Source: Macrostomum lignano | Lineage: Eukaryota | Length of the DNA: 36,631 nt | Direction: 5' to 3' | Assembly (NCBI GenBank): GCA_002269645.1 | Contig: NIVC01004734.1 | Coordinates: 1-36,631 of the forward strand | Part shown: piece after piece, positions 1 through 20,836 of the stretch | How the letters are laid out: each line of letters begins with the position of its first letter | Position numbering within the stretch: position 1 is the first letter of the stretch | Program-made: the position numbers and the translations under genes | Notes under the pieces: model-generated | The model's database searches: none | What the model saw: the letters and a program-made list of their open reading frames with translations, nothing else | What the model was told of the DNA's origin: nothing

Positions 1-963
1 TGCGATTGCTGCACGAAGGACACATCGGACCAGAAAAGATGAAATCCATAGCTAGACAATGCGTCTGGAGGCCTGAAGTAGATCGAGACATCGAAAAGTA
101 TGCGAAAGGATGTAGTTCGTGCCAGGAAAACAAGGATCATGGGGCCACCCGACAATGGACTTCGTGCCGGATGAGACCGAATGCTGGTCAAGAGTTCACA
201 TGGACTACGCAGGGCCTATGAAGGGAGGAAACTACATGTTGGTACTGATTGATGCGTTTAGTAAATGGGCTGAAGTTCACGTGACTAAGGGAACCACTTC
301 ATCTGAGACAATCAAGCGACTGCGAAGAACGTTCGCCCAAGAAGGCGTGCCCGTGACTATTGTTTCCGACAATGGACCTCAATTTGTATCGAAAGAAATG
401 CAAGGTTGGTTAAAAGGAATCAACTGCCGACATGTTCTCACACCACCGTATCATCCAAGGTCAAATGGTCTGGCCGAGCGCTTTGTGAGAGATTTAAAAA
501 ATCACGTCCGAGCCGCTGAAGAAGACGACCTTCAGAGTTGCGTCGACCGGTTTCTGCTTCAATACCGGAACGCAAAACATTCTACGACCGGAAAATCGCC
601 CTCTGAGCTGATGAGAGGTCACCTACTTCGCACCCCTGCATTTTCTCTGGCACGTGAGCCAGTCTGGGTGAAAACCTACAACAACGAGATGACAAAGTGG
701 AAGTCTGGCGAAGTGGTGGCAACAGAGGGAAAGGTTGTGGTCGACGTTGAGCTGGAGGACGGAAGGCGTGGACGCTACCATCGTGAACAGACAAAGCCAA
801 GGAGTTCCGGTTCCGATGACCTGGTGGAGATGGAGACTGAAGAACATGTGCACACGGATCAAGAGTCTGGTCTTCGGAGAAGTAATCGCCATCGCAAGTA
901 CCAAGGCGACTTGAGTACCGCAAGCTTGGTGTACCTACCTAGCTGTTAACTAATGGGAAGGAG
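1..963 (+). mobile_element. Ty3/Gypsy LTR retrotransposon 3' end: degenerate integrase (zinc-binding + core) followed by polypurine tract
   Basis: ORF 6..221 has LHEGHIG...VWRPEVDRDIE...CSSCQ (HHCC zinc-binding region). ORF 119..949 has WSRVHMDYAGP, IVSDNGPQF and PYHPRSNGLAERFVR (D,D,E core). The two frames join through a one-base loss at ~166 (TCG TG[G] CCG GAT GAG restores SWPDETECWSRVH). PPT GGGAAGGAG at 955..963 follows the stop. Confidence 0.93.
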
Positions 964-1180
964 TGTTAGCACTGTGATGAACTTTTATTTATTAGAGAAT
1001 GCACTTTGCTTAGTAGCCGTCAACGGCTGAGAATCCTATTGATGTCTATGGACATTTGTACAGTTCAATTCGGTGGCTTAAAGAGTTGCCAAAATATAAT
1101 TGAAAAGACCAAGCGTCTGCAGAGTTAAGCTAAAGGCTGAGACTCGATCAATTTTCTTACTCGTCCCAAAAAAAAACGAA
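964..1180 (+). mobile_element. Probable start of the 3' LTR (right end not resolved)
   Basis: TGTTAGC begins immediately after the PPT, the canonical LTR position. No clear matching ...CA terminus or second LTR copy in the window. Confidence 0.45.
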
Positions 1181-1183
1181 CAC

Positions 1184-1700
1184 AAACCACAGTGACCGAT
1201 GCCCAAACCACGGTGACCGATGCCCAAACCACAGTGACCGATGCCCAAACCACAGTGACCGATGCCCAAACCACAGTGACCGATGCCCAAACCACAGTGA
1301 CCGATGCCCAAACCACAGTGACCGATGCCCAAACCACAGTGACCGATGCCCAAACCACAGTGACCGATGCCCAAACCACAGTGACCGATGCCCAAACCAC
1401 AGTGACCGATGCCCAAACCACAGTGACCGATGCCCAAACCACAGTGACCGATGCCCAAACCACAGTGACCCATGCCCAAACCACGGTGACCGATGCCCAA
1501 ACCACAGAGACTGAAGCCCAAACCACAGAGACTGAAGCCCAAACCACAGAGACTAATGCCCAAACCACAGAGATTGAAAGCCCAAACCACAGAGACTGAA
1601 GCCCAAACCACAGAGACTTAAGCGCAAACCACAGAGACTGAAGCCCAAACCACAGAGACTAATGCCCAAACCACAGTGCCCGATGCCCAAGCCCAAACCA
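1184..1700. repeat. 21-bp minisatellite (ACAGTGACCGATGCCCAAACC, drifting to ACAGAGACTGAAGCCCAAACC)
   Basis: More than 20 directly visible tandem units in two sub-arrays. Confidence 0.97.
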
Positions 1701-2590
1701 CAAGTCAGAAATACATTCTATAAGCCGCAACCAAAGCATTAGTTTCCTTAAGATATTTATAATCAGCGACATGTATTGAGCTCATCTAGTATTGAGTGCA
1801 TCTACGGCTGCACTCTCTTTGACCACTTCTAATGACTTGCCGGTAAGCACAAGCTCAATTTGCTATTTCTCTCAGCAGTTCTGTTCCTCTCTCCTTCATC
1901 TCATCGCGCTAATTCGGAAGTTTTGTCTGACAAAAACTTGCGACATAAGTAGCAGATCTAGATTTAACCTGTTGGCTAACTCGGGAAGAAAAGGGTAATG
2001 CAGACGCAGCAGCACAACCCGTCCGTCTGACCAGTCGGGGCCCTCAGCCTCCACAAAGGCAGCGGGAATGTCACTGCCTTGTTCTTAAGTGCCCAAATAA
2101 CAGGCGGGCACACAGTTTAACAGCTGCGCGCTGCCCGAGAGCGGCGCTAATGACAGCCTGCTCAGCCTGTGCTCAGACGGTCATGATGTCGCTTGGGTCC
2201 TGAGTACTTGCCGGCCATAGCCGGTGGCTGAGAGAGTCATGATGAGGAAGGCGTCACCTGCTCCACGTCCGCTGTCTCCGGGGCGGGGCAGATTTCCACT
2301 TCTGTTTTTCCCTCCTCTCTCTCGCAATGTCAATTAGCAAAATCCGAGGGAAATCGCGATCAAGGACTGAGATTTTGGGAACTGCTTGGAAAGCGGCGAG
2401 CAGGACCGCCTGATGAATGATTAATGCAGTTAGCGGGTGCCGCATCTCCTCTTCACCCAGTCCCTCCAGCGCCCTCTCCCATTCCTCATGCGCTTTAAAA
2501 TCCCCTGACAAATCAGTGAGACTGAAATAGGGATTCTTCAAGCCCCATCAAACCATGAGCACCGAGCCCCTATAGCTACAGGTCGCTCAC

Positions 2591-5500
2591 CGCCAAGCAG
2601 CATGAAAACGACCACTACGGCTTTCTCGCCCTCGGTGTAGGGCGCTATGTTGCCGAAGCCCACGCTGGTAAGCAGAGACAGAGTGAAGTACAGCGATGTG
2701 AGATAGGCCATTGACTTGTCCGGCAGAAGCGACTGGTAGGTGTTCTTGGTCCAATTCTTGGGTTCCAGCGAGTCATTGGCCAACCGGGGAATCCAGCCGT
2801 ACCAGATCTCAAGGTCCAGGTCGCGCAGCCCTATGGTGTACCAGACGCAGGCCATCCAGTGGGCCAGCAGCACGAAGCCGAATATCATTAGGATGAGCAG
2901 GGCGGCTCCGTACTCCAGGTACTGGTCAACCTTGCGGGCTACGCGACCGATGCGCAGCAGTCGCACCACCTTAAGCGCGCTGAATAGGCTGCTGATGCCT
3001 CCCTGGTGGATGGTGATGGTCTCGTATGTTGAGAGATAAATAAAATGGTTTAATACGATATCAAGACAGCCCTTGTCTTTAATTTGAGTTTCTGCTGTGG
3101 TCTATGGCTACTGGGTTAATTGATTTTTCTTTGACATCTTTTCGGATATCTGCTACTGAGATGACGTCTATATTAGCTGCACTTTGACGTTTATTAGGAA
3201 ATCTAATGGCATCTGCTTGATGCCTTTTGACGTCTATTCAGGCAGTTTATTAAATGTTCATTAGAGCGTTCATTGACGTCTATTAGAGTGTTAGAGTATT
3301 AGGGTGTTCATTGACGTCTACTAGAGTGTTAGAGTATTAGAGTGTTCATTGACTCTACTAGAGTGTTGATTGGCGTCGACTAAAGTGTTCATTGACGTCT
3401 ACTAGAGCGTTAGAGTATTAGGGTGTTCATTGACGTCTACTAGAGTGTTAGAGTATTAGAGTGTTCATTGACTCTACTAGAGTGTTGATTGGCGTCGACT
3501 AAAGTGTTCATTGACGTCTACTAGAGCGTTAGAGTATTAGGGTGTTCATTGACGTCTACTAGAGTGTTAGAGTATTAGGGTGTTCATTGACGTCTACTAG
3601 AGTGTTAGAGTATTAGGGTGTTCGTTGACGTCTACTAGAGTGTTAGAGTATTAGGGTGTTCATTGACGTCTACTAGAGTGTTAGAGTATTAGGGTGTTCA
3701 TTGACGTCTACTAGAGTGTTAGAGTATTAGGGTGTTCATTGACGTCTACTAGAGCGTCGAATGACGCTTATAAGGCGTGTTCTTTGACGCCTGTTGAGGC
3801 GTCTACCGACGTTAAAGTCTACTGCTCACTCCCTCCCTTTTTGGAAATTTTCCTCAGTGAAAAAGGAGTGTTGCATTCTAATTATAATTGTGGCACGGCG
3901 CTTCTTTTCAAATACCCTGCCGCGTGTCGTCGAGCCTTCGAGCTTTTTTGGACCAGCTAGAGACGAGATTGAGCAGGCACACCCAGTCTCGAGTGGAATC
4001 TTGAGTCGGAAGATGTTTACTGAGCTCGATCGGTACTCGCAAATCAGTATTCTTTTGGGAATTTTGCCCTTGCCTACTAATTGCATGGAGAGTGGAGAGC
4101 CACGGAGGACATGGGATTATTGATGCATAAACGCGAGCTTTGTTGAAAATAGGGGTTTCATGTGGACGCGATTGTTTGGGCAAAAGCAGGTAAAAAGCGA
4201 TAATTTTAGGTAGCGCGCAGAGGTTCGGAAATCTATCTAGCACAACAAAAATCAAATATGAAAAAGTTAACAATTCCGTTGAGCGAACAATGGCGTTCCG
4301 CCGGGAAGGCATGCTAAAGCCTTGCTCAAGCGTAGGAATTGGCAGATACAGAGTTCAGGTTTTGCCAGCGATTATTCAGTTATGCGGGTACTAATTCCTC
4401 ATTTTTGCTTTCAAAATTTGGTTTTGGTTTTTATGAGTAATTCTTTGAGTCACTCGTATTTCTAGTCATTTCGACCGTTACTCACATCTGTTGACTCCGG
4501 TTGAAAGGCATTGAACACGTCATAGGGCAGACACGAGAGCAGATCAATGACGAACCAGCCTTTCAGGTAATTGACACGAATAATCGACGGGTCGGAGATC
4601 ACTTCGCCGTTCGGCCCGACAAACGTGGTGTGAAAGTTCAGCACAATGTCGATGAAGAAGATCACATCGACGATGCTGTCCGTGACAATGAAGGAGACGT
4701 CGTCCATCGTCTTGAACTTGAAAGCTACGTTGAACGGGACCATGACCGCCGTGTAGCCCGTGAGGATGAGGATTATCCAGTCCCAGATGGTCTTGAAGGC
4801 CGAGTAGTGCAGGATGATGTGCGGCGGCGTCTTTGGTGCCTCCTGCTTGTACTGCGGCAGGACGTCTGCGTGCAGCGACAGAGCCTGCAGACGGTGCAAG
4901 TTGAGGTCTAAGTATGAGAGACTGGCCAGAGAGCTGCAAAGAGCTGGAGTTCTCAACAACTGGAAATTGACTTTGGTCACTCAAAACACAGATGTTTGTG
5001 TTTGAAGGTGGAAAGCCATGGACGGGAAAACATGCTCGGTCGTGTTTCAATTTTTGCAACAAGAAAAGTTCGAACTAAGACGGAGGAGGTCCTGTTTCCC
5101 ATTATCCAATTCCACCACTGAGTACCCCAATCGGCTTTGCCAGTCGAATCCCAATTTCAACTGGGAGATTCACTTCATTACGAGACTATGCTACATGGAT
5201 TTCCCGTTATCATTTCGCTTTGCCGCCAAATCTCTTTGTAATATTTTGTCCCGGCAGTGAATTCCGCTCTTCCTAGGGCGCAATAAGGGGCGAGCCTTCC
5301 GTGAGCGGCACCCGCTGCTCACTACTCGCTTCCTCTTTGTAAATCGATCCCTAGAGAGCCGGACTCGGTTCGACTTCTGCTTTTTCCCGTCCCCCCCCTC
5401 AGTTCGCCCACGAAGGATTCGTCCGTCTTGCTCAGCGGTAATTCAACTCGACATTCATCGGTCTGAGCTGCCGACCGGCTCTGGGAGGCAGTTCCGAGTT

Positions 5501-8500
5501 CCGACCGGCTCGCTGACAAATATTGAGACCGACTTGGCAGCTCTGTGCACGAATTCTGAGTGACAAAGAGCTCGCCCTTGCGGTCCAACCCCTATTGGCT
5601 CTCACCTGTCGTGAAATAAATTTATATTGAATTCGGTCGAGCGCAGCAGCAGCCGATGATGCTCAGACCCGTCACTCAGACTAATTGACTCGCATCCGCG
5701 CGCACTTATTGACTCTCGCGCGACTGTTTAAGAGACTGGAAAAAAATTTACTGTCAAGGGATTAGCCCCGCAGCTAAGGGAAGTCAGTCTGCTGCATAGT
5801 AAGCATCTCACAAGAGCTCTGTTGGACAGAGAGCTGGCTTAGCAAAGGGAAAGATCTGAACTTAGACGCTGCATTGCATCGAGGGCTTCGCTTCCCATTA
5901 GTCGAATTTTTTTCAAGCGAATCTCACAGGGATTAGGCAAGAACCACTTGAAGTTTTGCTAGGGCAGGACGGTGCACTCGCGATTCCTGCAATTTTTGTA
6001 CGCCCGGTGTCGCCTCAAAACGCATTAGCAAGGTATGTAAATGTACTGCTCAGACTTTTGTGCCCCCAATCAGTGTTTTTGGCTGCAATCCAGGTGCTAT
6101 CCAGTTTATAATCGTGTCTGCAATGTCTGACGAAGCTAGGAATAAATCTTTGCACAGACTGAACACTCGCTGCTGATGTATCTATGCGGAGAGTAGCTGG
6201 AAAATTTCCCATCTAATGCTTCCCGAGGCCTACTAGTATGCCACAATGCTGACCTATGTAGAATGCACCGTCCTGATAAAGCAGTCAGTCCATTGTGGAT
6301 TAGCGAGCAAAAGAAAATGGGAAGGCACATGTCTGGCTAATGCGCTAATCCTCCGGCCATGCGGTGAGCGCTGGGCGCAGAGCTGACTTTCGCTCTACGA
6401 ACCCTGGTTCGATTCCGTGCGCGGCTGCAGTTTCATCCGTGGCTTGTGCCCGAAAATTGGCCACGGGGCTTGTCTTGCCACTCAAACCCATGGGGTCAAC
6501 CACCAAGGCACAAATAATGAACATGGCTGACTAATCGTCAGGAAGTCAGGCTTGTGTGAGCGTGTGTATGAGGGCGTGCTTTCGTACAGCATTGGCGCGC
6601 TTGCATGTGTTCAGGAGTCAGTGGAATGGGCTGAATTGCCTCACCCCTGGTATGTGGGACGATTTTGTTGATCCAGGTGTTTACAACTCATCTCACTGCA
6701 GTTATGATAATGATGATGATTATTATTATGCACTGAGCACCGCTCACCGAGCCAAGCTGATCCAGCCGAGAGTCATCCATGCGTCCGCCAGGGGGTACGT
6801 TAGCCATCGGCACCATGACCGAGCGGTTGCGGGTCACCGACCGGGCCAGGCGGGCGAACTTGCTGAGTCCGACTGCGGGTACAGCGGGTTTGAGTACCAC
6901 TGAAGCTGCCTGCAACTTTCTAAGCCATCCTGAGTTCCTTAAGCAATTCTAGGCCACTGAAGCTATCCTGAACTCCTGAAGCCATCCTGAACCCTTGAAG
7001 CCATCCTGAGCCCCTGAAGCCATCCTGAGCCCCTGAAGCCATCCTGAACCCCTGAAGCCATCCTGAGCCCCTGAAGCCATCCTGAGCCCCTGAAGCCATC
7101 CTGAGCCCCTGAAACCATTCTAAACCCATGAAACTATCCAGAGCCCCTGAAGCCATCCTGAGCCCCTGAAGCCATCCTGAACCCCTGAAGCCATCCTGAG
7201 CCCCTGAAGCCATCCTGAGCCCCTGAAGCCATCCTGAGCCCCTGAAACCATTCTAAACCCATGAAACTATCCTGAGCCCCTGAAGCTATCCTGAACCCCT
7301 GAAGACATCCTGAACCCCTGAAAACATCCTGAACCCCTGAAGACATCCTGAACCCCTGAAAACATCCTGAACCCCTGAAACCATTCGAAACCCATGAAAC
7401 TATCCTGAGCCCCTGAAACCATTCGAAACCCATGAAACTATCCTGAGCCCCTGAAGCCATCCTGAGCCCCTGAAGCCATCCTGAACCCCTGAAGCCATCC
7501 TGAGCCCCTGAAGCCATCCTGAGCCCCTATCTCACCGGCTGTCTGGGCCGCTTTCGCCTCCTCCTCTTCATACGGCTGCTTCAGAGCCGTGATGTCCCGG
7601 AAAGTGATGAGGTACAGAATGACCACATCCTTCTCATTCTTGATCGGAGCAATGTACATCAGCAGCCACAGCGGGGTCTCTGCAATCAGGTCGAGTTAAT
7701 ATTGAGCTTCATTAAAAAAAATTTTTTGACATCTCCGACACGGGAAAATATTCCCGCATTTCTAAACAAATTCGACCTGGAACGGAGTGGAAGGAAGGAA
7801 TAAACCACCTTCCACTCTAACTGCTCGAGCTGGACTGTGCTAACAAAGGAAATGACAGGAGGGCGCGGGAGATGGATGAGCCGGCGAGAGATGAAGAGGG
7901 AGCAGCTCGGCAGGAAAAGTGAGTGGGAGTCCCTAGCCTAATCCTCACCTGCGAGATTGTGGAGGCAAAGGATAGCTGAGCTGGTTATCAGCCGTTGCTA
8001 TCCAGTTGCTAGGCTCTAACGCCCAACGCCCCGAGGTGAAGATTATGCGATTTTCTTTTACCGAACTACTCGCCGCCCCGACAGGAGAAAATTCATTCCT
8101 TATTCTGTTTTTCTCACTGTCTGACTCAGGGGGCACACAGCCTTGGTTGAATCTCGCTTTGATCTCGGGGCTTCGCTTCTCATGTCTCTGATTATTATTT
8201 TCTCCATGCTCAATTTTGCAGCTGTGCCTACAAAAGCACTGTCTCTGCTTTGTGCGTCTTTGAGTCTTGTAAATTCTACTAGAGTTTTAAACTGAGACGT
8301 CACAGGGCACTGCTGTTTGCTGTGACATTACCGAGACTTTGGATTGACATTATCGAGACTGTAGTGACGTTTGGAGTGACATTACCGAGACAATGCACTG
8401 CTTTTTGCAGTGACAGTAGTGAGACATTGCAGTGACGTTTGGAGTGATATAACCGAGATAGTGCACTGCTTTTTGCAGTGACATTACCGAGACTTTGGAG

Positions 8501-9602
8501 TGACATTACCGAGACACTGCAGTGACGTTTGGAGTGACTACCAGAACAGTAGAGTCCAGTGACATTCGAATGACACAGGTGAAACTAGAGTGACAGCGGA
8601 GGGGACAGCAGAACAAGCATAGAGTGACATGTTGCAGTGCTTTCAGAAGTTTTCCTCACTGTTCTTCTTCAACAGCAGAATCTCCTGTTGGTCCGGCTCG
8701 CAGGATTCCAGGCTCTTGTTGATTCGCTGAATGGACTCCGGGTCTGTCTGGTCGCTGTACATGAAGTTGCAGGTGCAGGAGCGCTGCATCGCCTCCGCTC
8801 GACTGAAACCCGAAAGCTTGGAAAAGCCGTCGTTGCAATAAACAATGGGGTAGTCCACGATGCGCGCGTTCGCGAGTAGGAAACTGCTGTCTGTAAATTG
8901 GTGAGGACGAGTTTGGGAAACTGCTGTCTGTAAATTGGTGAGGACGAGTTTGGGAAACTGCTGTCTGTAAATTGGTGAGGACGAGTTTGGGAAACTGCTG
9001 TCTGTAAATTGGTGAGGACGAGTTTGGGAAACTGCTGTCTGTAAATTGGTGAGGACGAGTTTGGGAAACTGCTGTCTGTAAATTGGTGAGGACGAGTTTG
9101 GGAAACTGCTGTCTGTAAATTGGTGAGGACGAGTTTGGGAAACTGCTGTCTGTAAATTGGTGAGGACGAGTTTGGGAAACTGCTGTCTGTAAATTGTGTA
9201 AATTGGTGAGGACAATATGGGAAACAGATTTCTGGTAATTAACAGTTAAGTAATTAATTAATTAATTGTGAAACACGGATTTCGATTCAAAAGAGTAAGG
9301 GAATTATCTTTGCTGAGGCAAACAGGCTGCGTCAAAAGTACAGCAGCAAAATGCCTGGCTCTTGGCCTGAAGCCTCGCAGTTTACGAACTAGTTGCAGAG
9401 ATCAGGTTCATGTAAGCCTTCTGTAAATTTTTTACGTTCCCTTTGATCTCGAGTTTCTGCCCGAGAGAGATCTGACTTTATTGCTTTTCTGCCTCGCTGC
9501 ACTGATGCGCTGAGGCTACTCACGCTGTCCGTTGCATCGTCGGATGATGTTTTCCAGGAAGGTGTTCTGCGGAGCCACCAGGCCTCGTCGAGAGCCCGAC
9601 AT
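2591..9602 (-). CDS. eag: Ether-a-go-go (eag/KCNH1/5-type) voltage-gated K+ channel, 5' six exons; S6 end, C-linker and CNBHD not in window
   Basis: Exons complement(9524..9602, 8660..8890, 7536..7679, 6748..6872, 4486..4884, 2591..3002), all GT-AG and phase-consistent (the 3002 acceptor has an in-frame alternative 18 nt upstream). PAS-cap [22 protein letters not shown]; [23 protein letters not shown]; [14 protein letters not shown]; [14 protein letters not shown]; S4 [14 protein letters not shown]; pore TSVGFGN. Confidence 0.95.
3241..3760. repeat. 38-bp minisatellite (AGGGTGTTCATTGACGTCTACTAGAGTGTTAGAGTATT) in eag intron 5
   Basis: Tandem units, a ~119-bp higher-order duplication at 3301..3540, and degenerate copies fading out to ~3160 and ~3810. 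Confidence 0.95.
6350..6430 (+). mobile_element. Possible tRNA-derived SINE head
   Basis: Pol III B-box GGTTCGATTCC at 6406..6416 with a GC-rich upstream segment. I could not build a full cloverleaf. Confidence 0.3.
6920..7528. repeat. 19-bp minisatellite (CCCTGAAGCCATCCTGAGC) filling most of eag intron 3
   Basis: About 30 units with variants; starts ~8 nt inside the 5' splice site at 7535. Confidence 0.97.
8300..8640. repeat. Degenerate AGTGACA-core array next to the eag exon 2 donor
   Basis: Repeated GCAGTGAC(A/G)TT, GGAGTGACATTACCGAGAC and AGAGTGACA motifs. Confidence 0.8.
8881..9230. repeat. 37-bp tandem repeat containing the eag exon 2 splice acceptor
   Basis: Unit AAACTGCTGTCTGTAAATTGGTGAGGACGAGTTTGGG starting at 8881 and every 37 nt through 9177 (9 copies, last partial). 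Confidence 0.97.
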
Positions 9603-11368
9603 TTTGAGACGCTACAGGAGGGACTTCGAGATCGAGATCGAGGCGGCTTGAGACTCAATGATCGGTCATCTGTGGCTGTCTAGCAGGCATTGTCAGGGCT
9701 GCGACAGAGCGGCTCATGAGCAGCAGGTGGAGACGAGCAGCAGTGCACCGGGGTGGGGGGGGCAATTAATTTTACCTGGCAAGGGCTAGACAGAAAAATA
9801 GCGTTCCTTCTCACTTTCACTGCCTGTTTTATTTTCTGCCTCTGTCTCTCTCAAACCTTTGCCCCTCGGTCCGTGCCAAGCCGGCTCGTGATTGGCAATA
9901 GCGAGTCTGTCTGCACGGCAACTACAACGGTAACAGAGATAGAAGGGAAGAAGGGATAGGGAAACGGAGAGGAAGGCTTTGAGGACAGAAATACAAAGGG
10001 GGAAACGGAGGCGGGGGGGTACAAGAGGACGACTGGAACGAATGGCAGGATGGAGGATGCGAGAGGCTGGTCGGGTGAGGCTGAGTCTGCCCGCTCATGG
10101 CAAAGCCGCTGAGGGCTTGGCAGCCTCCTTAAAGATGTCGGGCCGCCATTATCGCCAAGAGCGAGAGGAGCAGTATGCTTGGATTCTGAGAACTCTTGCG
10201 GGGGTGGAGGTTGGGCCGGCTGCGTGGTAGGAAACACTGTAGCCATGACAACACGGCGAATCAATGAGGAAGGGAGTGCGTTGTTTGGGCTTGGCTGCGA
10301 GGCGTGGCTCCATGCCGTGTGTTCAGTTGGGAAGAGACGGGGCGACGGGACAGAGATGGAGTGGATTGCGGGACACAATAAAGCATTGTGAGACCTTGGA
10401 AGACTTTGTGATGCAGGGATCAAGTAGACGCACTGCAGTGGGAGAGAAGGCACAATATATGAGAGACGGGTGACTCTCCGGCTCAGAGTAGAAAAAAGTG
10501 GCCAAAAGAAACCAGGCCCACCCCATGGACCTCACTGCCCGTTGATGTAGTTGGCAAGCCAGCGGAGTCCCTGGCAACGGCTCTCTATCCTTCTCTTTCT
10601 GTAAGCAAGACCCTGCTTTTAGTAGATAACTGGCAAAGGGCCAATCAAAATTATTGATCCATAGCAAAGCAGAGGCTTAGTGAGAGGCGAAACTCATCTA
10701 ATCCAAAATTGGAGCCGCGGCTAAAGGTGTGCAAATGGAGGCAAAATAAGCTTTGAGAACTGCTGTTTGCGCGCGCTGAGCGGCTGAATACAGCGGACGC
10801 CGGTGCATCCATTATGCACAGTCGGGGCTCGCTAGGCTGTGGGGAGCCAGCATTCATTGCCTGATGTCTCTCTCCAGACCTGCTTCTCTCCACCCGCCCC
10901 ACCTTCGCCCCCCCCCCACTCTGTCAATTTAGCTTGAGGCCAAAGCGTGTATTGTGCTGCCTTGGTTACTTCCCAAAGCGTCCCCCCCCCCACAATCTCC
11001 CTTAGCTTCCCCTCTTCTCTCTCTCTCGCGCACTTTTTCTCTTCATGCCTTCGACAAATATTCCAGAAAAAGTTGGGAACCAAAAAGCTGCTTTCGCCAG
11101 GCAGATCCAGCTTAACCTGTCTTGGAGCTCTGGTGGCAGAGGGGCTGAGCAGACTGCAGCTATTCACTTGAGAGGCTCGCGCGTCTGCTTGGGGAGGCAA
11201 TTTCTTTGAGAATCTCAATGCACTTTTTGCTAATAGGTACTGCGTTTTTCTCAAGTGTCTGAATTCTCATTTTTACGTTTTCAGCTGCGTGAGCGACAGC
11301 CGTTTGGTGATTGAACGAGTGTCCTACAGGCACGAGAAAGTGAAGTTGGTCTTCACAAAACTGAAAAT

Positions 11369-11374
11369 TTTATT
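11369..11374 (-). terminator. Candidate AATAAA polyadenylation signal of the KIF26-like gene
   Basis: TTTATT on the plus strand ~540 nt downstream of the stop at 11914. Confidence 0.45.
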
Positions 11375-11594
11375 TACTTTACAAAGCTTACGTTAAATAA
11401 CAATCAAGAACACTGTACAGCTTATTAATCAAAAAAGGTTCACTACACGGACTAATGTTAATTTAATCCAAAAAAGCAATTCAAATGGCGCAAAAATGCG
11501 TAGTACTTTCATCCCAGATAATATCTGTAATTCGAAATTGCTAGCTGGCTACCTCGGATCCGTAATTCTTAGTCTGTTGTCGACTCAGATCTTC

Positions 11595-11913
11595 TTGTAG
11601 TCCTTAGACGGCTGTGGACACGGATCTGTAGTCCTTAGACGGCTGTGGACACGGATCTGTAGTCATTAGACGGCTGTGGACACGGATCTGTAGTCATTAG
11701 ACGGCTGTGGACACGGATCTGTAGTCCTTAGACGGCTGTGGACACGGATCTGTAGTCCTTAGACGGCTGTGGACACGGATCTGTAGTCATTAGACGGCTG
11801 TGGACACGGATCTGTAGTCATTAGACGGCTGTGGACACGGATCTGTAGTCCTTAGACGGCTGTGGACACGGATCTGTAGTCATTAGACGGCTGTGGACAC
11901 GGATCTGTAGTCC

Positions 11914-11935
<22 letters not shown>
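11595..11935. repeat. 31-bp tandem repeat containing the KIF26-like stop codon
   Basis: Unit CTTAGACGGCTGTGGACACGGATCTGTAGTC (A/C variant), at 11603 and every 31 nt through 11913 (11 copies). Confidence 0.97.
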
Positions 11936-20415
<8,480 letters not shown>

Positions 20416-20836
20416 GGAGACGCCCCTTTTTCTTAGTCAGCACCTGCACACACGGGCAAGCGCTGCTGATAATATCTGAAGCAGGCCTGACAGAGCGCGG
20501 TAGCAGCAGCCAATGAAATTGGAGCTAAAAACTCTTCCGGGTTCCGGCATGCGCCAGAGGCATCATAAAGTTTAAACCTATTGATTAACTGCATACGACG
20601 CAATGCGCAACTCCTAGCACGCCAGTATTTCCAGGAACCCTAATTACGAGTAGTTCTTCGCTCAAAAGGGCCACCTAAATTGGCTGCGGATTGAGCTTTG
20701 ATTTTCCGCTAAAAATAATAACAGCTTTTCAAAAACCAGCAGATTCCGGATCCTTGTATCAGGAAATGACGGAACGATAAGCGGACGAAGAGCCAGCGCT
20801 AAACAGTCTCAGATTTCTATTTTTTGTCGAAATAGA

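Noticed and set aside
1078-1611. ORFs such as (TDAQTTV)n that look like mucin or antifreeze repeats
   Set aside because: Translations of a 21-bp minisatellite; open in several frames on both strands, no signal peptide or splice context.
2254-2541. ORF as the next eag exon
   Set aside because: No similarity to the expected S6/C-linker sequence.
6350-6430. Functional tRNA gene
   Set aside because: Only the B-box/T-loop is recognisable; no convincing acceptor stem or anticodon arm.
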